Below are positions 39,701 through 50,836 of a stretch of 64,000 nucleotides of DNA, one piece after another. How positions within the stretch are numbered: the stretch's first letter is position 1; every line of letters starts with the position of its first letter. A program made the translations under genes and the position numbers. The notes under the pieces were generated by a model. That model did not search any database and was not told where the DNA came from. It saw only the letters and a list, made by a program, of their open reading frames with translations. This stretch comes from Styela clava (taxonomy: Eukaryota): contig NC_135252.1 in the NCBI RefSeq assembly GCF_964204865.1, positions 15,934,001-15,998,000 of the forward strand, in the 5' to 3' direction.

Positions 39701-42700
39701 ACACTGACTGTTAACCAGACAAGAGATCGTGGTTTTCCATCATATCCACTTTTTTCGCCCCTTGGAGAAATATGACAGTCATATCCATATCCTATTCAAG
39801 TATACAGATAATTAAGATTTATGTTATTTCATATAACATCAGCATTTTTGCTGTGAAATCCTAATTTTCATAAAAAATGGATTTATCATAAATTCATGAT
39901 CAAACTGAATTGCAGAATATTTTAATAACCGAAGTACTTAAAATTCCAAATGTGAACGATTTAAAATTATCTGGAACTTCAAGATTGAACGTAGACATTT
40001 TTCTTTATCCTTGAATATCAGTACTTTTATCAGAAAATCAATAAACCAGAATGTAAATCAATCAATATCTACTTGCCTGGTTAAGAACGTTATCTATCCC
40101 TCCAGGTGGAGCCAAACCAACTAGTTCCCAGTAGTCACATATTAGCTCATGACCTCCAGGTGCCTGAGAGAGAAATTTTCAAATATTAGAACAAGAAACA
40201 ATTTGAATGTACTAATATTTTTAACACAATGAGAAATATATATTATAACAGTAGTTCACCAAATTGCACATATCAATATATAAGTCAAGAAACTGTAGAG
40301 CGAGTAAAAGGTTTTTTCTGATCGTCAGAGAATTAGTGAAAATAGAAAATATATACGGTATTCATCACCATCAGTCTATAAAAAACTATTAAAAATTTCT
40401 GATAGTAGATAATCTAAAATAGAATTTGACACATGTAAAGGCTGCAAAGTTTAGGTAGCGAAAAGTTTTCTGCAAAATGTGCTCGGTACGCTTGACCCAT
40501 AAGATACATGCCAGTTAGGGCTTCCTATTAATTCTTCAGGATTGGAAATGAAACAGTCACCCACTCGCCGAATCTTGTTACTTTTTTGAACCCATCAAAA
40601 ATAATACGTTATGGACAAAAATCATCTGCATGTTGTATTGAATATGAGAGATTGGATGACAAAATATGTTACATTACATCAAAATACTGAATATGGTGCT
40701 TGAAAAAAACTCATACATACCGATTTTCCTTCTGGGACAGGAGTTACAACGCCATATAATGCTACTGTGCTTTCAGGTGATAAGACAAGTGCATTATACG
40801 TTTGACACAGAGTATCCTGTAGAACACATTGTAAGTATCCACTTCCATCTCGTAATACGATGAACATCAAAGTTTTTCCTGATGAATTGAATGAAAGTTG
40901 TAATTATACACGGGGATTAAGATTATAATAACTTAAATTCAACATTTATCCAATTTTCTGATCAAGTAATTTTGGATATGATACCTTATTACAATACAGA
41001 AAGAAATCATCAATCAATTTTATGTAATATATTATTTTTAGCTGTGTTGTCATTGTCAATTGAAAATTTTCCCAAATACTATTATCTGTGATTCGTACAT
41101 TACTCCTGACAACTTCTGGATAATTAACACTAACCATGGTCATTTTTTTAGAATGGTTCTTTTGAGTGCAAAACACATTAAATAAATTTCATTATATTTC
41201 TACCTTGTCGACGTAAGCGATGAACCCAACCAAATATCTTCACTCTTGTTCCTCGCTTATCTGTGCTTTCTCGTATTTTTATCTGAAAATGAATCATTTT
41301 CAATAATATAATCGAACGCAACTGGTAACTGCTTCTAGTTATGGGGAATGACTATTATTTACAAGCCCGACTTGTCCAAACACAAGAGCCCAATTTTTAC
41401 CACAAACTACACGCATTGTGGAAAATTTCCATACTTCCAATTCCCAAGATTTACATATTTATCTAGAGGAGGGAAAAGATGACAGGCCTTTTGCCCAGTA
41501 ACCATTCCATGCCAGGTATGGGAAGAGTTCAGGTGTATGGACTTGATAGTGGAGAAAGCCATAACTGACCAACAGTTATGTGAACCATCCTACAAAAGTC
41601 AGTGATCCATCCATCATCTCTCGGCATCAATATTCTTCACAAGATTCCAGGTGGCACCCTGGATCAGGGTAGAATGGCGAGAAAGTTTCTATCTCAAATA
41701 ACTGAATTCATTGCTGAAAAACATATAATGAATTCTCACCATTTTAGCAGCAGGTAATGATTTATCTTCCTGTATTTGAATTTGTTTTGCTTCCTCCAGA
41801 TTCTTTTCTCTTCGTTCAGCATCTTCTTGTTCACGAATCTGTTAATTATTACAGGTTTTGTTTGAATTTTTTTATTACAAAAATTTTTAAAATCACATAA
41901 ACAAAAATAAAAAGTAGAAACCTTTTTTGCTTCATCCTTCCGTTTTTCAGACTGATATATTTTGACTTGCTTCTTTAGTTGGGCTTTTGCGATCGGTTCA
42001 TAGTTCTAAAAATTATGAATGGAATTTTATAACATTAATCAGAGATTAAAAAATATCAAAATTTCGTATTGGTGATTAATCTAAATTAGTACTACTTATT
42101 CAACAAATTTTTCCCCCATTTTTGAACAAATAGTTTTCAACCGGGTGTAAATTTGAGATGAATCTAACCCATCTCAGAGGTAAATTTTGTGAGTAAATAA
42201 CCAAATCAATATTAAGATTGCTTCCATTGCATATTAGAGAGATTGAAAGGCAAAGTGCAACAGAGTTCTATAAAATGATAATTGGGTGAGGAATACATTT
42301 TACTTTAAAAATTTGCCAAGGGTTAAACAAGAAAATGAAGGCCGAGAACCACTGATTCAAATAAATTCCCTCATAATAATTTGAGAGTGTAAGTTATGAG
42401 GATTCCAACAGAAATGATAAAAGATATTTATAACATATTGGAAGATGGATATGACCAACTTGATGACATATAATAAAGACAATGCTAATGAACTAACAAT
42501 AAAAAACAATTGAAAAACTAGGAATTACATTTCCTTCCTTTGAATCAACATAGATCGCAGGCCATGGTTCTCCACCAGCTTGCTGTAATGCTTTCAGCAC
42601 ACTTTTGAATGGACTTGCTTCACTTCCAAGTCCATCTTTATCACATCCCCGTTTCTCGCTGGTATATAGTTCACCTGGTGAAAAAAAGTACAATTACTGA

Positions 42701-42795
42701 ATAATGAGTAAGTGAATACAATATTTCGATTTCTAATATACTGAATATAGCTACTCACTTATTTTCAAATCTTTTATTCCTTCCACTTCTGCCAT
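36729..42795 (-). CDS. NARS1: Cytoplasmic asparaginyl-tRNA synthetase, multi-exon
   Basis: [146 protein letters not shown] at 42795, stop at 36729-36731. Confidence 0.96.
41448..41600 (-). mobile_element. SINE family A, degenerate antisense copy in NARS1 intron
   Basis: Reverse complement matches the SINE body and 3' end (GATTTACATATTTATC..., CCATTCCATG..GGTATGGGA, TGGACTTGATAGTGGAGAAAGCC). Confidence 0.6.
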
Positions 42796-43299
42796 TTCTA
42801 AGTAATTGAGATATGATAAATTTAAATCAGTTCCGCAGAATTCAGCAACTGTTATTTACACAGATCTGCAGATAGAGTCTATCATTTTAATTAAATAAAG
42901 AACCACAACTTAAAAGCTTCTAAGTAACAATACGTTTTCTGCTTCTTAATTCTATGCATTGCTCTGACTCATGTTTTGTTAGTAGTTTCCAGTCTTCTGG
43001 TACTGTATTAGCCCTTCACTGCGTCCTACCCGAATGCCAATACAGCAATATCGCATATCCATAGCTGTATTGCCTTAAAAAATCTATTCTGTCCATCACA
43101 CTGGCACTAACACAAAGCAACTGCTTAAATTTTTAATCACTTAGCTTCTTGAAAACCATACGAAGCACTTAAATGTTCTCAAAAAGTCTGAAGTACAGAA
43201 GTAACTAATCATACAGTCATAGCGTTACGTACTGTTATAAACGGTAGGTATAATTTCAAATAAACGAATATTTATGATGCAGTGATGTTTTTTTTTGTA

Positions 43300-43770
43300 T
43301 ATATAGTTTACTTCTGACTAGCTATAGCGCGGAAAAAATCCCGAATTTATGTATCTGCGTATTAACAAAATATTTATTTTATTTCAGCACAATCTGACGA
43401 TACCGTATCTAGCCAATAAGATTACTGTATTCAGGTTTTGTCAAGTTTTAGTATTACAGCATTATGACATGTTTCATCACGTCCTGTTTCATGATTTCTT
43501 ATCTGACCATTTCATCGGAAGGATATTATAATTGATAGCAAACACGTAAGCTCCCAGTTAGGATATTGCCTCAAAAATAAGATCAAACGGCGCACCCCAG
43601 CTGACCAACGTTACATCATCCACAATATGCCAAACCGCCGTCGTAAAATATGAAGTGACACGCCCATTAAACGCCTTCATCGACACGTGTTACGTCAGCC
43701 CAACGACTGGTCAGCCGAAGTAAAATTGAATATTTATCTCAAGATGGGGGGACTCTTACGAATCAGGTAC
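43300..43770. promoter_or_regulatory. Bidirectional promoter region NARS1 / EIF2B4 with CARE-, CRE- and E-box-like motifs
   Basis: Head-to-head genes; locally CpG-rich; TGATGAAAC (minus, 43471-43479), TGATGTAAC (minus, 43610-43618), CACGTG 43684-43689, TTACGTCA 43690-43697. Confidence 0.5.
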
Positions 43771-44240
43771 GGAATGGTAATAGTCGAGGAGATAGTTATT
43801 CAGGCCCCGTACATATTCCCAATGCATACATGAAAACCTATTAAATGATTTTCCCATCACATGTCATACGGTATCCATTGGTCACATATTTACGGTTACA
43901 CAACTTGCATATTTAAATAGCAGAAGAAGATTTAAACAGAGTCGAGTCTTCTACCGGTCAAGTTAAGTCATTGTTATTTTTATTTAAAATATTACCAATT
44001 ATAATTCAAAAGCTTTTGACATAATTGAAATGTTAAAATAAACTGAAGTTGTGCGTCTTGTAACTTTTTTTATATTTTTTTAAATTCATCGGATGGCTGC
44101 GCATAGGGGAATCACCGAAATTACAGAACGTGTGTTGTTTTTCACTGGATTACAATTCACTGGTTCGGGAGTCAATGTTCTCTCGGCATTTTCTTTCTCT
44201 ATTTTTTTGCGGCTTGGTCGTTCAATTTGATGCGTATCTG

Positions 44241-45581
44241 ATGGATGGATCTGGTGGAACACAAGTAAAGAAACATGATGCAGGTGGTGGAATGTCAGAG
44301 AAGGCCAGGTTGAAAGCAGAACGTAGAGCCAAACAAGAAAAAGAGCGTGCTCTCAAACAGGCCAAGAAAGCCGAGAAGGAAGGTGAAACTAAAATTAAAG
44401 CCCAGAATGTTCGAATTTCCAGCAACGTTCAAGCGGATGATCCGAAAATACGAAAGAAAACTGCCAAAAAATTGGAGAGAGAACAAATTCCGAAAAGAGC
44501 AGAAGGGCCAAAGAAAGTTGGATTGTTTTCGCATTTGCATCAGTACCAAAGAGGTATTTCAATGACGAAAGAACTTGGTTTGGGTAGCACTAAGATTCAT
44601 CCATCAATTCTTCGCTTAGGTCTGCAGTATGCAGAGGGAGTCATATCTGGTTCAAATGCGAGGTGCGCTGCTTTAATCAATGCAATGAAAGAGGTTGTTC
44701 TTGACTATCAAACCCCACCCGATAAAGAATTGAGCCGTGATTTGGAGTCAAAAATCAAACCGTGTATCACGTTTTTAAATCAATGTCGTCCTTTATCAGT
44801 ATCAATGCAAAATGCAATTAAATTTATCAAGGCACAAATATCGAGTAGTAAAAGTGAATTATCGGATGTCGAAGCAAAACATAAATTATGTGAGAGTTTT
44901 GATAATTATGTTGAAGTGAACATTCATTTAGCGGGTGAAGCAATATCGAAATTTGCTCGGCAAACTATTAAAAATGATGATGTTGTGCTGATTTATGGAG
45001 GATCTTCATTAATCAACCGTGTTTTAATTGACGCTCACAATGCTGGCTGCAATTTTAGAGTCGTTGTTGTCGATGGCCGCCCACGATTAAGTGGTATAGG
45101 AGCACTACAAAAATTGACAAAAGCTGGAATAAGTTGCAGCTATACTCTTGTGTCTGGAGTAACCTATTTGCTTCCTGAAATCACCAAAGTCATGTATGGT
45201 GCTCATGGTTTACTCTCAAATGGTTATGTTATTGGAGCTGTTGGTACTTCACTAGTTTCTCTTGCAGCTCAAAGCCTAAATATACCAGTTATCGTTTGCT
45301 GTGAGACGTACAAATTCTGTGAACGAGTTCAAACCGATTCAATTGTGAATAATGAAATTGGTGATCCACTCGATTTACTTGCTGATGATGGCAGCTATGA
45401 TCCTATGCTCATCAGCAAGGAATCATGGAATGAACTAGAAAACTTGAAAGTTTTGCATTTGACATACGATGTCACACCCCCAGATCTTATCGCTACAGTT
45501 GTGACTGACCTTGGAATGATTCCATGCACTTCTGTTCCTGTTGTATTGAGACTTAAAAATTTGGAGTTGGATACGTCTTGA
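44241..45581 (+). CDS. EIF2B4: Translation initiation factor eIF2B subunit delta, intronless CDS
   Basis: KAERRAKQEKERALKQ, VGLFSHLHQY, IHPSILRLGLQYAEGVISGSNARC, CRPLSVSMQNAIK, VCCETYKFCERVQTDS..NEIGDP, LTYDVTPPDLI..VVTDLGMIPCTSVPVVLR. Start taken at ATG 44241; the ORF is open from 44130. Confidence 0.95.
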   Translation: MDGSGGTQVKKHDAGGGMSEKARLKAERRAKQEKERALKQAKKAEKEGETKIKAQNVRISSNVQADDPKIRKKTAKKLEREQIPKRAEGPKKVGLFSHLHQYQRGISMTKELGLGSTKIHPSILRLGLQYAEGVISGSNARCAALINAMKEVVLDYQTPPDKELSRDLESKIKPCITFLNQCRPLSVSMQNAIKFIKAQISSSKSELSDVEAKHKLCESFDNYVEVNIHLAGEAISKFARQTIKNDDVVLIYGGSSLINRVLIDAHNAGCNFRVVVVDGRPRLSGIGALQKLTKAGISCSYTLVSGVTYLLPEITKVMYGAHGLLSNGYVIGAVGTSLVSLAAQSLNIPVIVCCETYKFCERVQTDSIVNNEIGDPLDLLADDGSYDPMLISKESWNELENLKVLHLTYDVTPPDLIATVVTDLGMIPCTSVPVVLRLKNLELDTS

Positions 45582-45823
45582 AAGTTTAATTTTGCATCTG
45601 CTTTTTATAAAATGTATCGTTAAAAACACTTGGGATGAGTTCAAATCCCTAGTTGTGTGTGGTCACTCTGTTATAGTATTATCATGGCAAATGAAACCTG
45701 TATGTGGCCAAACTAGTAAATATTGCTGTTCAGAATGATGCAGATATAACAAACAATATAATGGGATGTTGTGTTCGATTTTTTTCGATAAATTTATTAT
45801 TAATAATGTACCTTGTGCAAGTG

Positions 45824-46208
45824 CAGCGGTTCCCAAACTTTTTGTCTGCGCTGGCCAAATTATCAGGGAAAAAAATTCACGGAACATGAAAAAAAATGCT
45901 GCTTTCAAATAAAACACAATTTTGTGATAGTTAGTGTGTACTTTATGCTTTTTAAAGTTTGTAAACATGTAGGCCTAAAGTATACAGGCAAAAGGTCAAC
46001 TCTTCTTCCTTATCTCTGCCTAATTTTCTATTCAAATGCTGAAAAAATCACTCATGTTTGCTAAACTCGGTTCAACAGATAAATAAATCGCAGCTCACAA
46101 AATTGAAGTATGTAAAACATAATTCAATATGTAAAATATTCAATCATATTTTAGTTATGTTTAACACAATTTGGTTAATTTTCACAACACACTTTTTGGG
46201 AACCGCTG
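45824..46208. mobile_element. hAT-type MITE between EIF2B4 and METTL15
   Basis: Perfect 14-bp TIR CAGCGGTTCCCAAA / TTTGGGAACCGCTG; TSD TGCAAGTG / TGCTAGTG. Confidence 0.85.
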
Positions 46209-46377
46209 TGCTAGTGTATTTGTTTTGTATTCTACATTTGTGCAAATAGAATTTTGTTCTTTTTTGGTGGAGCATATGTTGGAGGGTTGATACTATGAAT
46301 TGTTGACATGAAAATTTTCCAGAATAATAAAGTAACTTGTTTGTATTAAAAGATCAATTTACTGATATTATCAGGAT

Positions 46378-48802
46378 ATGTTAATAAGAGGATGTTCAAT
46401 ACATAAATTGGTTCACAATATCAAGTCATGTACCTTCATACAAAATGCATTTTGTGCTGTGATTGAGAATGGAAAGAGTTACGCAACGCTTCACCAACCT
46501 GTGATGGTGAAAGAAGTTTTGAATGCTTTATATCCTCAAAATGGTGATATAATTCTTGATATGACGTTTGGTGCTGGAGGACACACAAAAGCAATTCTCG
46601 AGAATTGCCCCGATTGCAAAATAATTGCACTTGACAGAGATCCATATGCAAATAGTCTTGCTCAACAATTAAGAGAGGAAACCAGGTTGGTAATAGTCAC
46701 TGCTAGCATGTTTGATACCAAAAAAGTTAAAATATATAACAATAAATACTCAAATCTGTTTGGAGCGAAGCAAAAATGTACTACAGCTAAAAATGATTTA
46801 CATGTCACTTGTACAGCACCTATTAAAAAAAGGGAACTAACCTGTCACTATCAAATATAAAGTTTAGTAGAGAATGGGTCTTCCCTACCTGCAACCCTTC
46901 AATTAGTATGTGAAATTATTAATCATTTTTTTAAATAAAATAAAAATTTTGACAGCTCTTCAGAATCAATTATTACAATGGGTCATAATATTCTTTTGGA
47001 GTAGAATCCTTTTGTTAAAATAGCAATGAGGAGGCCTCCGAGTGCTTTTCAATTTCTTAACTTTCATGTATTCATAGTGCATCTATCAGTCATCCTTGGT
47101 TTCCACAACTTACCGGTATGTCCTTTTGCTGCTCTGATATATATTTATGGGCATCCAATTTGATCATATTATAAAAACACTACTTCACAGCGAAAGAGTA
47201 ATCCCAGTTCTTGGGAGATTCAGTGAGTTGGAGAAGATTTTTCAGCATCTTAAAATCGAAGAAATCAATGGAGCTATTCTGGATGCAGGTTGCTCATCAA
47301 TGCAATTCGATACCGGTAGAAGAGGATTTGCAATATCAAAGGATGGACCTTTGGACATGAGAATGGATGGTGACAGGTTATTACAATCGAATTTCCAAGT
47401 TTTATAATACCTTCTAGTTAGGTTGTGATGCTTTACCATATTTTCACAAGGTATCCAGACATGCCAAGTGCTGCTGATGTTGTGAACAGAATGAGTGCAA
47501 AGGATTTAGCGGAGATATTATGTAAGTGATTGTATATATATTGAGTAGATGCGTAACTAGAGTGATGATCAAAAATGGATAATGAATTTTATTATTAGAT
47601 AAGTATGGTGATGAAAGATATGCTCACAAAATAGCAAGAAAGATCATTCAATATCGAAGTGAGGTTGGACCAATTGGACGAACTCGGGAACTTGCCAACA
47701 TTGTTAAAAGTGCTTTCGATGAATGGCCGAAATCAGGCCTCAGAAAAGATGCTTTGAACAGGACGTGAGTGAAAATTTCGGAATGATATTCAAAAGAATA
47801 TTTCCTTAGTAACAGCTTTTTTACAAGTGTATTTATCTGAATTAAACACCATTTTTTGATAACTGATTAACGACAAGTAAACTTCTGAATTGTCTATCTT
47901 AAAAATATATGATATGTCAAAGTATGAAATATGCATTAACGTCTAGCACACTTCAGAGATAATAAATGTCACTGCCAATGTGACAAAGCTTGATATGAGG
48001 GTAATTACATACAATTGATTGAAATATATTCTGTCTACTACAGAGCACATAGTGCAACAAAAACATTCATGGCTATAAGGATATTTGTGAATAATGAACT
48101 CAACGAACTGCATGAAGGTCTGAAAACTGTTGAAAGGTACATGAAAAAGGGTAAGTGATTTAAATTCAGGATTGAAAACCCAAGCTGAATCCAACAGTGT
48201 AATGTTTTGGTCACATCGACATAACGAGTGAATTTTCAGTTTTTTGCAATACAATCTCGCTTGAAAACTATATATTTGCGGCGGTTAGTCAAATCTCGGT
48301 TTGAACTTTGAGCATTTGCAACAATGTATTAACAATCTTATCTTTCAGGTGGACGACTGACTGCCATCACCTTTCACTCTTTGGAGGATGTGATTGTCAA
48401 AAGGGTGATATCAGGAAGGGATCTGCATAAACCGAGAGGAATGTCATTATCTCAGCAGGTTTTTTTATGCATGTTTGCTTATGATATTTTGGACCTGTCT
48501 TCTGCATTTAAACATGCCACAAGTTTGATAAATGCAGGAACCTTTTGCCCAAGATGCTGGGCCCATAATAATTGTTCAAAATAGTTTGCCAATGTTGTTT
48601 TGTTATCTTTCATAAAGCGCTCCCCTTGCTCATTCTATCATCATTTGGTTAACAGCGCAGGATAGAATCTGCAAGTGAAATAAAACCAGAGAGAAAATGG
48701 ATGACTTTGAATAAGAAGATTGTTATACCACAATTCGATGAAGTGGATGACAATGCAAGATCTCGTTCCGCCAAACTTCGGTCAGCGACGAGGATAACTT
48801 GA
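46378..48802 (+). CDS. METTL15: Mitochondrial 12S rRNA m4C methyltransferase (RsmH/MraW family), 7 coding exons
   Basis: [101 protein letters not shown]. Exons approx. 46378-46685, 47191-47376, 47450-47521, 47600-47764, 48043-48149, 48349-48457, 48656-48802. Confidence 0.93.
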
Positions 48803-48907
48803 AGATTTATAGCATTGCTGATTTAACAGGTAGTGTTAAAAGACAACAGAATAAAGGCCCCTTCTTCATCAGAAGTGACAACACTTCTCTAAAGCAGTTG
48901 GCAAAAC

Positions 48908-50602
48908 CAGGAGCACAGCTGGGATTTTCAAAAGGGGGCTTCAATATCGTAATATGCAACGGCTTCTGAAACAGTTCCCGCAATTGTGTTTTTTTGATTT
49001 TTTAACCTATTATGATTTTTCTGCCGTAAAAGATTCAATCAAAGACTATGAGAATTTAATATGTTGGTATAGGTAGTATATGTCATTAACTACAAAATAC
49101 CATGGGTATCTCCAGGCCAAAAAAAATTTTGAGATAAACTACAGGAAAATTTTCAATTTGGTTAGGTAATTTTGCAAACTTGTGAATTCCTCATCGCTCT
49201 TAGATCTGCTACAAAAGACGACAAAGTATAAATTAATTTAGTACAATAAAATTCGTATTTGTATACAAAAATACATATTCACTACTTCGAAATCCCCGTG
49301 GAACGGTTTAAGAAACAGTTGCCACAAGCCGAGTTTTTCAACGGATGATGACTTTTCTCTTGCGGAAAGTAATCAATTCTTAACCTGGTATATACATATA
49401 ATATGTCCTGCTTTAACAGTTAGTGAATTCGACTGATGAGCCGTTCTTGCAACACCGACTGTATCACAATGCTGCGGCTACTATTTGTCCTAAGTCTGCG
49501 ATAAAATTCCACGCATGATAGAATATACTTTTTTGCTACTTTGCCGCATTTTTCGAACAGGTTAACAATGTGCAGAAAAAAACAAGCAGGGTGAGCACAG
49601 CCTAAAACGTACATGGATATGCGCTCATCCACCTGATAGAAAAAAACACTTCAAGGAGTAAAACATGTAAGCGGGAATGTTACTCTTAATCAGCATGCGA
49701 GCACGGTCCTTGTAAATACCTGCAATGCAAATTGTAGGTTGCGAGTACAGCCATCAAAATGAACCGAGTGATGAAAAAAAAAAACTAAAAGTAGTTTAAC
49801 ACATAGACACAAATTCTGATCATAGCCAACATGCTGTTTTTTAACTGTAAATAGGTACAGTTCAAAACGAAGCCTACCTGTCGAATAGACCTATCGCCAT
49901 CAAAACAAAGTGATCTACATACACTTCATAATTTTGAACGGTGACAATTCCAGACGCAAAATGCAAATGGAAGCACTTCACTTGTCAAGCTTTAAAATCT
50001 TGTGTTCGTGTAATATATCGTCATTTTAGATTCGTGAATTGCAAGTAAATTTTCCCCATGTGAGGTTTCAGAAGACTTTTCTGGTATTGCATTAAGTCTC
50101 TGGGATTGACTATAAAGCGCCAAACGAGCCATCACCAAATTTACATCAATTACCTTATAAATCGTAATCTCATGGAAAGCCACATCAGTTTCCGTCTCTC
50201 CCCCGGCAGCACCATTTTCCAAAGGTAACTGCTTATAATCCGTAGGCACACGAAGTTTTGCTATTTACAATGTCTAAGAGAGTTTTTAATCTGTGGCGGC
50301 CCCCTAAAGACAAAATTTGGTGGTGGTATTTTATGTCGCTTTTCAATCTAGAGAATTTGGGGGGCCAATTCACTTTTTTATTTCTTAGCATCTGGTCGTT
50401 GATGATTTAAAAAAAAATTAATTATAAATATACTGATGTTGTGGAAAATTTAGTGATCTAGGGAAAATAAACATCACCCGGTTGACGAAAACATGGGCGA
50501 GTTTAACAAACTGCACGCGTTATTTACTAGCGACCCTTCCGTTCTTGCAAAAATATCAAAAGGGGGAGTTTAGATCCTGAAGACACCCCGGCTGCGCCAC
50601 TG
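48908..50602. mobile_element. Old internally deleted hAT (Tip100-like) derivative between the METTL15 and ETNK 3' ends
   Basis: Imperfect TIR CAGGAGCACAGCTGGG / CCCGGCTGCGCCACTG, AAAAGGGGG subterminal motif at both ends, weak TSD (GGCAAAAC/TACAGAAC). A minus-strand remnant RRLRT...LQERL...IH resembles the hAT dimerisation domain. Confidence 0.5.
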
Positions 50603-50836
50603 TACAGAACAATCATCAAAATTAGATTTGAATTTATTAGCACAAAAAATCAGTAAATAAATATATATGAATAGCTCATTAATTTGATCTATTTCAGAAA
50701 TATTATTAATAATCCAACACGCCCCAGCAGACCATGCTCCCACTGCTTAGTTGGTTAGTTATTGCACATCGGAGGTTAAGCAAGGAATGTATGAAGTCTT
50801 TGCATGGCTAAATTTGGGTTTGTAGCGCTACATATT

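Noticed and set aside
44130-44240. Hydrophobic N-terminal extension of EIF2B4 (MFSRHFLSLFFCGLVV...) resembling a signal peptide
   Set aside because: Not similar to known eIF2B-delta N-termini; T-rich sequence more consistent with a leader or outron. Cannot be excluded without 5'-end data.
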